Below, piece by piece: positions 32,067-46,050 of a DNA stretch of 64,000 nt (positions within the stretch are counted from its first letter, which is position 1; each line of letters starts with the position of its first letter). Origin of the DNA: Eledone cirrhosa (Eukaryota); NCBI GenBank assembly GCA_964016885.1, contig OZ024741.1, forward strand, positions 347,820,001 through 347,884,000, in the 5' to 3' direction. A program made the position numbers and the translations under genes. The notes below the pieces were generated by a model. The model was not told the DNA's origin and searched no databases. It was given only the letters and a program-made list of their open reading frames with translations.

Positions 32067-35000
32067 ATGGATGTGTTAAGAGTAGGATGTTTGAATGCAC
32101 GTGGCCTGGGCTCAACTTGGAAGCAAGCAAAGCTTCTAAATGACCTCAGGTCATGTAGTATAAATGTAATGGTTATCTGTGAGACTCGAATCAGCGTCGT
32201 GCGGCAGGTGGCCCCCACCTTCGATGACTTTGAGGTGCATGCATCTCTCTGTCAACCTGGAGGTGGGGGTGGGGTTGTCGTACTGCTGCAAAAACACCTG
32301 GGTCTTGCCGTACAGGTTGTGCACTCGGACCCGGAGGGCCGTTTGTTGGTGCTAGACGTTGGCAGTAGTGAAAGTGCGGCCTTGCGACTGGTCGCCGTCT
32401 ACTCCCCTTTCGGAGCTGAACGGCCCGACTTCTTCCAGCGTTTGGAGATTTTTCTGGGAACGTCGCGTTCCCTGCTTCTAGCGGGGGATTGGAATGACAT
32501 CCTGGATGCACGTTGGGACTATGCAGGAACATGTCCTAATAGAGGGGGGTGTAACAGCCTCAAGGGGTTACTCGACCGTTTTAACTTGGTCGATAGATAT
32601 CGACTAGATTTTCCAACTGTGCCTACCTGGACTTGGAGAAACCACAGTGGTCAATCTAGATCGTACTTAGATAGATTCTTAGTTAGAAGTAAGGATAGGG
32701 ACATATTAAGCTGTCCAGAAATGCGCACGGTTGGCTACGCGGATCACAAATTAGTGACCTGCGTAGTCAATCTCGAGAAAACACATAGACAGGGTCCCGG
32801 TAACTGGAAACTTAATTTGTCTTTACCGGCAAAAGATCTTACAGAAACCGGATTAGCAGATTAGTTAAGGAGAGGTTGACGGGTGCAATCGTCAACAACC
32901 GATGGTGGGCATCTCTCAAAAGAGAGATTAGAACAGAATCAATAAGTTATAGCAAGATGTTAGCTGCCGATAGGAATAGAAACGAGAAAGAATTAACAGG
33001 TAAATTAGAAGAGGCAATCAAGAGCGAAGATGTGGCCAGAGTGCTGGCATCGAGGACGGCCTTGAACCAGTTTTTCGATGCAAAGCACGAATGCTGCGTC
33101 ATTCGAAGTAAAATACGTGCTCTAGGTAATGAGGGGGCCAAAGCCGTTGGATGGGCCCGCGTGACAGAAGCTAAGAGTGGAAATCGATCCACCATCCGGT
33201 CGTTGCAAGACGAAGATGGACGGGTGATCCGGGAGCCTAAGCAGATGTGCGAGGCCTTTCAAAGGCACTTTGCCCGATTGTTCGGGGGAGGCGAGGGTCC
33301 GGGCCGGGCGTGGATTTCGGTCCATACCTCGACGGCCTGCCGCGTCTCTCGAACGAAGAGGCAGAGTCCTGCGAGGGACCAATCTCGGCTGATGAGATCG
33401 GAGATGCGCTGAGCCAATGCAGCAGACGCAAATCTCCAGGTCTCGATGGTATACCTTACGAACTTTATTTAGCAATGCCGGTCTTCTTCTCCGAACTCCT
33501 CGAAGCAGTCTACTGCAATTGGCAGCAGAACGGGAGAATTCCTTGTTCTGTAGCCAAGGGCGTAGTCACGCTGGTGAGGAAGGACGAGAACAAGGGGGAT
33601 AGTATAAATAATTTTCGGCCCATAACCCTGCTAAACACAGAGTTAAAGATTTTGGCCAAGGTGTTAGCAAAGAGGTTGGCGCTTGTCGTGGGTGACCTGG
33701 TGGGAGATGCGCAGACATGTGCTATCCCATCCAGGTCCATTCACGATAACCTCCACCTCATGCGATACATCATAGAGAGGGTTGGCAACAAACCCGGCTT
33801 CGGTGGAGCCCTGATCAACTTGGATCAGTCTAAGGCCTTCGATAGGGTCGACCATGGTTACCTGGATGCGGTGCTAGCGGCGGCTGGGTTTGGTCCTGTT
33901 TTCAGAGGCTGGATCACTGCCCTACATAGCAACCACATCTGTTCTAGGATCAAGGTGAACGGCTACCTTTCGAAGCCGTTCGAAATCACACGATCCATTC
34001 GACAGGGGTGCCCGCTCTCCTCCCTTCTGTACGTATTGACTCTCGAGCCTTTACTGAGGAAGTTGGAGTTGTTGCAGGGTATCCCCCTGGAACCAGGATT
34101 GAGCAAAGCGGTGTCGGCCTACGACGATGACGTAACAGTAATGGTATCAACCGACTCGGAGTTCGAGGCGATCGGTACCTTACTGGAGGAGTACGAAAGG
34201 TTGTCAGGAGCGAAACTGAACCGGGAAAAATCCATCGGGCTGCAACTCGGAACGTGGAGAGGCAGACCGATTCCTCCTGACGGTGTCGTCGGACACTGGA
34301 CGGAGGGCCCGGTAAAGTTGCTTGGGGTCTGGTTTGGACCGGACCTCCAGGTGGAAAAGAACTGGAACGAGGTTACGAACAAGGTGTTTGCACTAACCCA
34401 GAAATGGGCCAAGTGTAAGCTGTCCCTAAAAGGCCGGGCGGAGGTGGCGAACATTTACATAGCGTCCGTCACTTACTACCGCCTGACTGTCGTGCCTTGC
34501 CCTAAGGAAACACTCACCACCATGGAACGCATGCTCTTCCAATTTCTTTGGAAGAAGCGTCCTCCTATGGTGAGAAGATCCATCTGCTGCCAACAACCTT
34601 CGAAAGGAGGGCTGGGGATGCCGTGGTTGATGATGCGTAGGCACGCATTAAGGCTACGGCACCTACAGGTATTTCTCACTGGTCAACCGGTGTGGGCACC
34701 GTTCGTGAAACGAGCCTTTCCGAGACTCGTCTCACTCACCGAGCTACAGTCCTGGGTCAAGCAAAGATCCGGAAAACTGGGAGACTGGCACACTGAGTGT
34801 GCCCAGGCGCTCAGGGCTCTTTGGCAAGCGGGCCAGGCCATCGGTGGAGAATCCACCTCATCATTCTATAGAAGGCTGGTGGCTAGCAGGGGCGATGACA
34901 CCCTTGGAGAGTTGCTGGACATGGAAGAAGACGAACTGGCCAGCCTGTTCGGTAGGACTTTCGGCCCAGGACCAATGGACAACTTCCAGAAGTCACTGGT

Positions 35001-35502
35001 CTGGCAGTGCTACCGGGGGGCTCTACCCGTTCGAGAGAGGCTCTACAGACACGGGCGCCCGGGCAGGGATCCCTCAAACAAGATTTGCCCTAGATGCGTG
35101 CGTCACGAAGAAACCGTTGAGCACGCATTGGTGCAATGTCCGGGCGTGGCTCATCTGTGGGGCTACGCCGAACGACTGCTGTCGCGGGTGGCGCCGATTA
35201 AATTGACCGCCGAGTCCGTGATGACAATCAAACCGCCTCCCCTCTTCACAAAGGAAGCAAAGGCGGTTTTTCTGTGCGTAATAGCCATGTTGAAAGAGGT
35301 TGTTTGGTGGACACGATTGAAAGGTCTGAGGTCAGGCAACTTCCTCTCTGGCCATAGTCTGGTCTACTTCTTCCGATATCACTTCGGAAGAAGGATAAGA
35401 ATGGAGAGAGAGGTGCTTGGCCACAGGCAGTTTTATGAAAGGTGGGTGATAGTGGCGAGAATTGCTCGTGTAAATGGGCCTTCTCTGTATACCATCCTGT
35501 AG
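32067..35502 (+). pseudogene. Copy 2 ORF2 APE-RT-Zn, frameshifts near 32835 and 33305
   Basis: Three ORF pieces colinear with copy 1. Catalytic motif reads YDDD. Confidence 0.88.
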
Positions 35503-35737
35503 GTAAAGAAGTAAAGGAGAGGGGAGCACCTTCTCCATGTGCTCCCCGGGCAAAGGATTGCACACTTTTTCGGGGGTGTGTGCAACCCCCATCACGTCCC
35601 CTCCCTTTTGAGGTTATTTTCGATTATTTTCATGTTACACCCTTTTTACTCGATTATATGTAAACTCCCCCTTTGTATTTGTCCCTTCTTTTTATGCCTT
35701 TATGGTAAATAAAGAAATCTATCTATCTATCTATCTC

Positions 35738-38700
35738 TTGGATGGACACACGCGTAAAACTTGCTGAGTAAGTTCTGCTTAAATTTCTATAGAAATTCTT
35801 GACTGTAAACCTTCATTTTAGTATCATTTTGTAGAGGGACTGCCAGGTCAAACTTTGATCTGGTTAGTCTCTCAAAATATTCTACGCCTTTAGGCGAAAT
35901 AGTTAACAAAAGTTTTTTTTTGAAAAGCTAAAATTTTTTTTAAATGGATGAAGCTTCTTCACCAACATTCGAAGGAGGAAAGGGGAAGATATGCTTACAG
36001 CTTCCCCCTGCCACTGTCATAGTAGCAGATGTAAAAGATAAAGGTCAGCCAGCGGAAGGATTTTCTCCACCTGCTGACCGACAACTTGACGTTACCATGG
36101 CAACAAAGCAAAAGTGTGAAACAATGAACAAAACCAACACAACCAGCGGCACCAGCAACAACATCAACAACAATGCTACGAACGAAAACAACACCAACAA
36201 CAATAACAATAACAACAACAACAAGACCAATAACTGTGATAACAACAACAGCTACAACTGCAACACAAACAAGGAAAATGTCTCCTTCGCCCAGACGGCA
36301 AGGAAAACCCTCGACTATCGGCCAGTAGATATAAGCAAAGCGAAGGAGCAGATGCCAACAAATACATAGTGTACGTGGAAAATGGATCATTTTCGACCCC
36401 CCCCCCACACACACACACACCGGAACTAAAAAGCCAGAGACACCTAAACACTGACATGTTTAGGACAGTCTCAAACAAAAGCAAAAAACCAGCTCAACCA
36501 TCACAGAGTGAGATAGAGCTGGTTTTAAAAGATGTCATGAAAGACATCATATTCATTCAGAAGGATAGACTCTACGGGAGTCTATCCATTCTCATGAAGG
36601 ATAGGGATACAGCAGCGAAACTGTCAATAAAACCAATCCCATCCACAACATACACATTCTACCCTACGTACATGGGTAGAAGGACACACAAAAAAAAAAA
36701 TTCACACAATCCTTCCGATTATGGACATATGGTGGGTATTGATAGGTTTCCAGGACCTAGATGATGACACGCTGGTGTCCATGGGAAAGGCATCGGGTGA
36801 CACGTTCAGTGTGACGGGCCTCGAACTTGTAGTTCAAATGAGGCCCGAAAGGATCGCACAGATCCCTGAACGCGTCATACTGGATAATCAAACTTTTATC
36901 AACATTACCGTTAAGGGTAGGCGGTCATCGTGTTACCTCTGTGGAGCCAGAGGTCACATGAGGGCTGTCTGTCCTCAACTTAAAAAGACAATCCTAATCC
37001 TGCTCACACCACCAACAACTGCACAACCAACACAGTCACCACAACCACCACTACAAAAACAAAAACCACAGCTCAGACCAAAACAAAACTCTGTCCAACC
37101 CATCCCACCCCCACTAAAAAAAAAACAATTTCCAAAACACCCGCACCGCAAACACAACCCGAAAATCTACCTCTCCCCTCCAACGCGGAAGATTACCCTC
37201 GTTCTTCGTCAGACGAGGAGGAGCACTTCCACACAATCAAAAGAAAAAAAGAAAACACCCCTCAGACACACAAATGAAAACAACCCCTCCCGAAAACATA
37301 ACATAGACACCAACACAAAAGAGCACACAACAACAGCAAACAAAAAACACCACACAAAAACAAAAACATGCATATACATACATAAACACAAGAAATAAAA
37401 AACTGCTAAACATTGTGTACAACAACAATTTAGTAAAAACCCAAGGGCCTAACTTCACCCAGGCAGGGGATTTCCCCCACCTCAAATGATTAAGGCGCCA
37501 AAGGACACTTATAAAACACTAAAAATCAACTTAAAGATCACGTGGGGAATCCCCCCCCCCTGCGTCGGGGCCATTAACCGCGTCCGCCTAAAAAACTTCC
37601 GCACCCCATCTCGAAACACCCACACAACTCCAAACACCCCAACCACACAACACACTGATGCCCCCACACTTCCACAAACCACCACCCCACCCACCAACCC
37701 ATCCCTCACCCTCATGGAAATTGTGCAGCCCGTTAACCGGGACGCAGAGAAGTAAGTGCCTTTTCTCTTCTCCACCAACATGGCTATGCTAAGAGTAGGC
37801 TATCTAAATGCGCGTAGCCTAGGCTCAACTTGGAAGCCAGAAAGGCTTCTAAATGACCTCAGGTCTCGACGTATAGATGTGATGGTTATTTGCGAGGCCC
37901 GGATCAGCAACGTGCGACATATGGCCCCCACATTTGATGACTATGAGATGCACGCATCTCTTTGTCAGCCCGGAGGTGGGTGTGGGTTGTCGTTCTGCTG
38001 CAAAAATATCTGGGTCTCGCAACACAGACGGTACATTTGGACCAGGAGGGTCGACTAGTGGTTCTGGACCTTGGCAGTGGCGAAGGCCGAGCGTTTAGGT
38101 TGGTAGCCGTCTACGGCCCTTTCGGGTCAATGCGACCGGACTTCTTCCATAGTCTGGAGACTTGCTATTAGTGGGAGACTGGAATGGTATCCTAGATGCA
38201 TGTTGGGACTACGTATGGGGCCTGTCCCGATAGAGAGGGGTGTAATAGCCTCAAAGGGTTAATCGGTCGATTTGACCTGGTCGATAGATATCTATATATT
38301 CCGACTGCGCCAACCTGGATTTGGGCAAACCGCAGCGGATCATCTAGGTCGTACCTAGATAGGTTCTTAGTTAGAAATAAGGATAAGGACATTTTAATTT
38401 GTCCAAAAATGCGCAAGGTTGGCTATTCAGACCACGAGTTAGTGACCTGCATGGTCAACCTTGACAGAACGCATAGACAGGGACCCGGTTACTGGAAGCT
38501 CAACTTGTCCTTACCGGCAAGTAAGGCTTACAGGGACCGGATTAGCACTTTAGTTAAGGAGCGGTTGACGGGCGCCATCATCAACAGCAGGTGGTGGGGA
38601 TCTCTCAAAAGAGAGATTAGAGTAGTCTCTATAGAATTTAGTAAGGAGTTAGCTTTAAATAGAAATAGGAAAGAAAGGGAGTTGGTAGATAGTGTAGAAG

Positions 38701-41068
38701 AGTCAATTAGAAGCGGCAACGTGGCCAGAGTGCTAGCGTCGAGAACGGCTCTGGGCCAGTTCTTCGACGCGAAACACGAAGGCTGCATCTTCCGAAGCAA
38801 AATACGTGCTCTGGGAAACGAGTGAACCAAAGCTGTTAGCTGGGCCCGCGTGACAGAAGCCAATATAGGGAGTAGATTCACTATCCGGTTTTGAGAGACC
38901 AGGATGGACGGGTGATCCTTGAACCTAAGCAGATATGCGAGGCTTTTCAAAAGCACTTTGCCAGATTGTTTGGAAGGGGCGGGAAGCCGGTTGGGGAAGT
39001 GGACTTCGGTCCATATTTCGACGGCCTGCCGCGCTCTCGGACAGGGAGGCGAAGTCCTGCGCGGAGCCGATTTCAGCTGCTGAGATAGAGGACGTGCTGA
39101 GCCAATCCGGCAAATGCAAATCCCCGGGTCTCGATGGTCTTCCATACGAACTATATCTAGCTATGCCGGACTTGTTCCCCGATCTCCTCGAGGCGGTCTA
39201 CTGCAACTGGGAACAGAACGGTAGAATTTCCTGTGCTGTGACCTAGGGTGTATTCACGCTAGTGAGGAAGGACGAGAACAAGGGGGGCGATATAAATAAT
39301 TTCAGGGCCATAACTCTGCTAGATACAGAGTTACAGATTTTGGCCAAGGTGCTAGCAAAGAGGTTGGCTCTTGTCGTGCGCAACCTGGTGGGAGATGCGC
39401 AGACATGTGCTATCCCGTCCAGGTCCATCCATGACAACCTCCACCTCATGCGATACATCATAGAGAGGGTTGGGAACGAACCCGGCTTTGGTGGGGCGCT
39501 GAACAGCTTGGATCAATCTAAGGCGTTCGATAGGGTCGACCATGGTTACCTGGATGCGGTGCTAGCGGCGGCAGGCTTCGGACACGTTTTCAGGGCCTGG
39601 ATCAATGCCATGCACAGCAGCCGCATCTGCTCTAGGGTCAAGGTGAACGGCTACCTCTCGGAGCCGTTCGAAATAGCGCTGTCCATCCGACAAGGGTGCC
39701 CTCTCTCCTCCCTTCTGTATATAATGACTCTACAGCCACTGCTGCGGAAGTTGGAGTTGTTGCAGGGCATCCCGTTGGAACCGGGATTGCGGAAAGCGGT
39801 GTCGGCCTACGCCGAATACGTAACAGTAATGGTGCCGACGGCCTCGGAAAGCGGGGCGATCAGCACCTTACTGGAGGAGTACGAAATGTTTACAGGGGCT
39901 AAGCTGAACCGGGACAATTCGATCGGTCTGCAACTCGGCACGTGGAGGGGTATATCAATGCCCTCCGAAGGTGTCGTCGGGCGCTGGACGGAGGGCCCGG
40001 TGAAGTTGCTCGGGGTCTGGTTCCGACCAGACCTCCAGGTGGAGAAGAACTGGGATGAGGTAACGAACAGGGTGTTTGCACTGACCCAGAAGTGGGCCGA
40101 GTGCAAACTGTCCCTGAAAGGTCGGGCGGAGGTGGCGAACACTTATATAGCGTCCGTCATCTACTACTGCCTGACCGTTGTGGCTTGCCCAAGGGAAACG
40201 CTTGCCAAAATGGAGCGCGCACTCTTCCAATTCCTTTGGAAGAAGCGGGCTCCTATGGTGAGGATATCTATCTGCTGTCAACACCCTTCGAAAGGAGGGC
40301 TCGGGATGCCGTGGCTAATGATACGTAAACACGCATTAAGGCTACATCACCTCCAGGTATTCCTAACCGGTCAACCGGTGTGGGCCCCATTTGTGAGACG
40401 AGCCTTTCCCAGACTCGTCTCGTTCACCGAGCTGCAATCCTGGGTCAAGCAAAGACCGAGAAAACTGGGCGCCTGGCACACCGAGTGTGCCGAGGCTCTC
40501 ACGGATCTCTGGCAGGCGGACCCGGCTGTCAGTGGAGATTCCACCTCGTCATTCTATAGAGGGCTGATGGTTAGCAGGTGCGACGTCGCCCTCGAAGAAG
40601 CCCTAGGCATGGAGGAAGACGAACTGGCCAACCTGTTCGGTAGGACATTCAGCCTGGGACCCATGGATAACTTCCAGAGGTCCCTGGCCTGGCTGTGCTA
40701 CCGAGGGTCTCTACCCGTTCGAGAAAGGCTCTACAGACACGGGCGCCCGGGTAGGGACCCCTCGAAAAAGAATTGTCCCAGATGCGTGTGCGACGAGGAA
40801 ACCGTTGCACACGCATTGGTACACTGCTTGGGCATTGCCGATCTGTGGGGCTATGTTGAACAACTGCTATCAAGGGTGGGACCGATCCGGTTGACCACCC
40901 AGTCTTTTGTAACGATCAAGCCGCCTCCCCTCTTCAAAAACGAAGGAGAGGCGGTGTTTATGTGCGTAATAGCCATGGCTAAAGAGGTTGTATGGTGGAC
41001 GCGTCTGAAAGGAATGAGGTCAGACGCCTTTCTCTCTGGCGAACAACTGGTCCATTTCTTCCGATATC

Positions 41069-41070
<2 letters not shown>
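35738..41070 (+). mobile_element. Tx1-like LINE copy 3 (subfamily A), multiple frameshifts, 3' end lost
   Basis: Same 5' end as copy 1. ORF1 35944-37755, ORF2 from 37780. YADD mutated to YAEY. Breaks at FFRYH. Confidence 0.9.
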
Positions 41071-41108
<38 letters not shown>

Positions 41109-41240
41109 CTTTCTTTTTATTTGCCACCAGGGCATCAAAAAGTGGGATGAGTACAATGGGGGGAGTTTACATAAAAAGGCGTCCTCAATAAGGAGGAGGC
41201 AATAACAAGATATAAAAATAAAATAAAATATAACTAAAAT
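41071..41240 (-). mobile_element. Inverted subfamily-A 3' UTR end with its (TATC)n tail
   Basis: Reverse complement of ~29320-29490. Confidence 0.88.
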
Positions 41241-41249
41241 ATGTTTGTT

Positions 41250-44200
41250 TAAAAAAATATACTACTGTATAGACTGACCCTCCGACTAAATTGTCAGTGG
41301 GTGGGTCATTGACATTTTCAGAAAATTTATAACATATTGTTTTTATAACTATGAATGATAAAATTGAAGCGTTTATCGCCATAAGTGGAAATGGGAGCGT
41401 TGAAATGAATGTCACTATGAAAACAGGTAGTGATCAGTAAAATCACATGAAAACAAAAGTATCGAAACACAAACGGCACGAACAAATATTGAACAAGAAA
41501 AAACTCAACCTCACAATTGATCTCCACAACCACAAATCAAGCAATTGAGACAACAAAAACAACAACAATGACAACAATGACAACAATGACAACAACAACA
41601 ACAGCAACCATAAAAAATAATAATTTTGCGACAATAAGCAACGAAACTTTTACAAATATTGATATTGCCAATGCGAAGGAAATGATCAATGAAGGATAAC
41701 AAATATTTTACCTTCGAGGAAAAAGGGGGATTTAAAATCACCTCTCCGCCACAAATCAAAGCCGACACTATGCGAAGGACTGTGATTTTTCGCACGATTT
41801 TGAACAAACAAAAAAATACCGGCTTTCCTTACTCAAGGCGAAATCGAAATCGTCTTGAAAGAGGCAATGTCAGACGTACAATTCATACAAAGGGCTACAC
41901 TGTATGGAAGCATTTCGGTGCTCTTCAAAAGTGAGGCCCTTGTGAAAAAATACTCAGCGACCTCGGTCACCTCTGCCACACATATCTTTTTCCCTACATA
42001 CATGGGAAAAAGAACACAAAGAATAAACATTACCAATAAACCAGCCAACATTAACATTGGTGGATTCTGGCAGAGTCCTTGGAGGAGGATGCAGACACAA
42101 TACTGTCGATTCAAAAATCCACAAGAAACACCTGGAACGGCACAAGCTTGGAAATGTTGGTCCAAATGAGACCGGACAGACTTTCCAAGATACCAGAAAG
42201 GGTGCCAGTAGACAATACCAATTACACCCACATTTCGGCAGAAGAAGGGAGGCCACATTGTTTTAAATGCGCAAGCACATCGCATTTAAAGGCCTCTTGT
42301 CCTCTCTTACGAACAAACCCCACCACCGCCCAAAAAGTACTTTACCAACACCAACTCCAAAACCACAACAACAACAACAACACACAAAACAAGCAAACAC
42401 ACAAAAACACACAACTGTTCAACCACAAACAACAGTGAAAACACAAACAATTCCCCTGAAAAACACAGTCCCACCCTATCCCACTCTATCCAACACTACC
42501 ACATTCACACACACAAACACACCGTCACCACGCAACATACCTATCCCACACGCCCCTGTTGACGATTCATCACCAGACGAGGCTACTTCTCCATCCCCAA
42601 GTGAAAATGAAGGAGAGCCTCGGAAATAAAAAAACAAAACAAGAAAAAACGACATCCAAAGCCACAAAAACAACAATCACCAACACGAACACACAACCAC
42701 CAACACAAACCACAAAACAAACACCACCACAATCACCCTCCCCCTACCAGCAAAACAAACTCCAACACCACCCCAAACACAAATGCGCACCATAAAAAGA
42801 AAATTACAAACGAACAACAAAACAAAAAAACAAACAACAATACACTTACATTAACACAAACAACAAAAACCTAATGGAGTTCATCTCCCAAGACCCCAAA
42901 GTAGAAGCTGAGCGGAAAACTTTTGTCAAAGCAGGCTCTCAACCACACCTAAAACTAATAAGGGTTTCGATCAGAAATTGAAAGAACAGTTTTCACAGGA
43001 CGTTGGCAACCCCTGCCAAAAACCAATAAACCGTGTCCTGTTGAAATGTTTCCCCACCCCACTCAATACTCCCACCATAACTGAAACGGAGATTGAAGAA
43101 CCCGATCTCCAGGAAACGAAAAGGTAAGTGCACCTTTTCGTCCTTTTCGCCAACTCTTCTCCACCAACATGGCTGACTAACGAGTTGGAAGCGTGAATGT
43201 GCGTGGCCTAGGGATGCCCTGGAAAGAGGGCCAACTTTTAAACGACCTTAGGTCACACGGTATAGATGTAATAGCCATCACCACGTCCAGGATCCACAAC
43301 AGGCACCAACTAACCCCCATCTTCAATGACTTTGAGATCTACGCATCTCTCTGTCAGCCGGGAGGTGGAGGGGGAGTGACTGTCATGTTTCGGAAAAACC
43401 TGGATCTCGAAGTACAGCAAGTACACATGGACCCGGTGGGTAGACTGGTAGTCCTAGACGTGAACAATATTGGTGGTGGAGTCTTCAGACTGCTGGCCGT
43501 TTATGCCTCGACCGGGCAATCACAATCACGGCCGGACTTGTTTAAGCGTCTAGAGTTTTTTCTGGGAACGTCACGCTCCTTGCTTTTAGTGGGGGACTGG
43601 AATTGTATCCTAGATGGATGATGGGACTATGTGCGAGCATGTCGCAGTAGAAGGGGGTACAACAGCCTGAAAAATCTAATTCCAACTGGCCGATAGTTAT
43701 CGACTAGATTTCCCGACTGCACCACAGTGGACGTGGGCAAACCGCATCGGGACATCTAGATCGTATCTAGATAGGGTTTTCATTAGAGAGAAGGACAGGA
43801 AGATGTTAAGCTGTCCACAAATGCACATGCTTGTCTATTAAGATTACAAACTAGTCATCTGCATAATCAACCGTGATAGAATACATAGACAAGGACCCGG
43901 ATACTGGAAGCAGAACGTGTCGTTGTCGGCACGAATAGCCTACAGTGAACGGATAAGTAGATTAGTTAAGCAAGAGTTAACGGGAGCCATCGTCAACAAT
44001 AAATGGTGGAACTCTCTCAAGAGAGCAATTAGAGTACAATCGATAGGGTTTAGCAGAAAATTAGCTTTAGAGAAAAACAAATCAGAAACAGAACTAGTAG
44101 GCAAGGTAGAAGAGGCGCTTAGGAGTGGAAACGCTACTAGAGTGCTAGCATCGAGAACGGCACTGGTCCAGTTCTTCGACGCGAAACATGAAGGCTGCGT

Positions 44201-45133
44201 GGTTAGAAGTATATCACGTGCTCTAGGAAACGAGGGAGCAAAAGCTGTTAGCTGGGCTCTAGTGGCGGAAGCGAAAAGTGGCAACAATTCCACGATTCGG
44301 TCTTTGAAAGACCAAAACGGACGCGTGCTACTTGATTCCAGGCAGATGTGCGCGGACTTTCAGCGGCACTTTGCGCTACTGTTTGGCAGACCGACGGTAC
44401 ACCGAACGGGGAAATGGACTTTGGTTCATACCTGACGGCCTGCCGCGTCTCTCGAGCATGGACGCCGAGTTCTGCGAAACAACGATCACAGCTACTGAGA
44501 TATGGGACGCTCTGGGCCGCTGCGGTCTAGATGATCTACCCTATGAGTTTTACATAGGCATGCCGGACTTGTTCTCTGGCGTCCTCGAGGCCGTCTACTG
44601 CAATTGGCAGCAGAACGGAACAATTCCCAGTTCTGCACGCAATGGCGTAGTAACGCTGATCAAGAAAGACCGAAACAAGGGGGACGAAATAAACAATTTC
44701 AGGCCCATAACTCTGCTCAACACAGAGTTAAAGATTTTGCCGAAGGTACTAGCAAGAGGCTGGCGCTTGACGTCGAAAACCTGGTAGGGAAAGCGCAAAC
44801 GTGTCCAATCCCCATCAGGTCCATACACGACAACCTCCACCTCATGCGATACATCATAGAGAGGATGGGGTATAGACCCGGCTTCAGTGGGTCTCTGATC
44901 AATTTAGATCAGTCTAAGGCATTCGATAGGGTCGACCATCGATACTTGGAAGCGGTTCTCAAGGCGGCCGGTGGTCCCGTTTTCAGAGGCTGGATCAAGG
45001 CAATGCACTCCAGCATCTGCTCAAAGTTCAAGGTGAACGGTTACCTATCGGAGCCGTTCTCAATCACGCGTTCCATTCGACAGGGATGTGTATTGTCCCC
45101 TTTTTTTGCACGCACTTGTGGCAAATAAAGAAA
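41250..45133 (+). mobile_element. Tx1-like LINE copy 4 (subfamily C), decayed, with an internal deletion from mid-RT to the 3' terminus
   Basis: ORF1 remnants (CFKCASTSHLKASC) ending 43127. ORF2 runs from 43169 to RQGC at ~45090 and joins the last ~45 bp of the 3' UTR plus (TATC)n. Confidence 0.85.
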
Positions 45134-45167
45134 TATATCTATCTATATATCTAATATCTATCTATCA

Positions 45168-45241
<74 letters not shown>

Positions 45242-45254
45242 TTATGTATCTATC

Positions 45255-46050
45255 TGGGTCAAGCAAAGACCAAGGAAAATGGGCGACTGGCACATCGAAT
45301 GTGCTCAGGCCCTCACAGTCCTCTGGCAAACGAACCTGGCGATCAGTGGAGATTCCACTTCGACATTCTAGAGAGGGTTGGTCCGCAGCAAGTGCGACGA
45401 CGCGCTCGGAGAAATTCTAGGCGTAGAGGAAGACGAAGTGGCCAGTTTGTTTGGTAGGACCGTCCGCCCGGGACCAATAGACAACTCCAAAAGTCCTTGG
45501 CCTGGCAGTGCTAACGAGGGGCTCTACCTGTTCGAGACACATTCTACAGACACGGGCGCCTGGGTAGGGACCCTTCGATAAAGATCTGTCCGAGATGCGT
45601 GCGCGACGAGGAAACCGTCGCGCATTTGTACATTGCCAGGGCGTTACCGACCTGTGGGGCTATGTATAACGACTATTGTCGCGGGTGGGACATATCCAGT
45701 TGACCACCGTGTCCATTGTCATGTTAAAACTGCCAGCCTCCTTCAAAAACGAGGGAGAGGCGGTTTTCCTATGTGTTATGGCTATGGTGAAAGAAGTTAT
45801 ATGGTGGACGAGGTTAAAAGGGCTGAGGTCAGATACCTTTCTCTCCGGCCAACAACTGATTCCTTTTTTCAAATATCATTTTCGAAGAAGAATCAGGATT
45901 GAGAGAGAAGTGCTGTACCCCATCAAATTTTATAAAAGATGGGTGAATGTGGCAAAGATGGCCCGAGTGGTTGGGCCTTCTCTCTGCACAAGTCTGTAGG
46001 TTGAGTAAAAAGAGGAAGAATGGAAGAGAGTACTCACTTTTGGTGTTCCT
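45255..46050 (+). mobile_element. 5'-truncated Tx1-like fragment (ORF2 C-terminus + start of 3' UTR)
   Basis: WVKQRPRK..CPRC..WWTRLKGLRS..GPSLCTSL*. Confidence 0.85.

Larger units (their letters stand above)
29973..35716 (+). mobile_element. Tx1-like LINE copy 2 (subfamily B), full length, mildly disabled
   Basis: Divergent 5' UTR and ORF1, closely related ORF2. Ends AATAAAGAA-(TATC)n. Confidence 0.92.
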
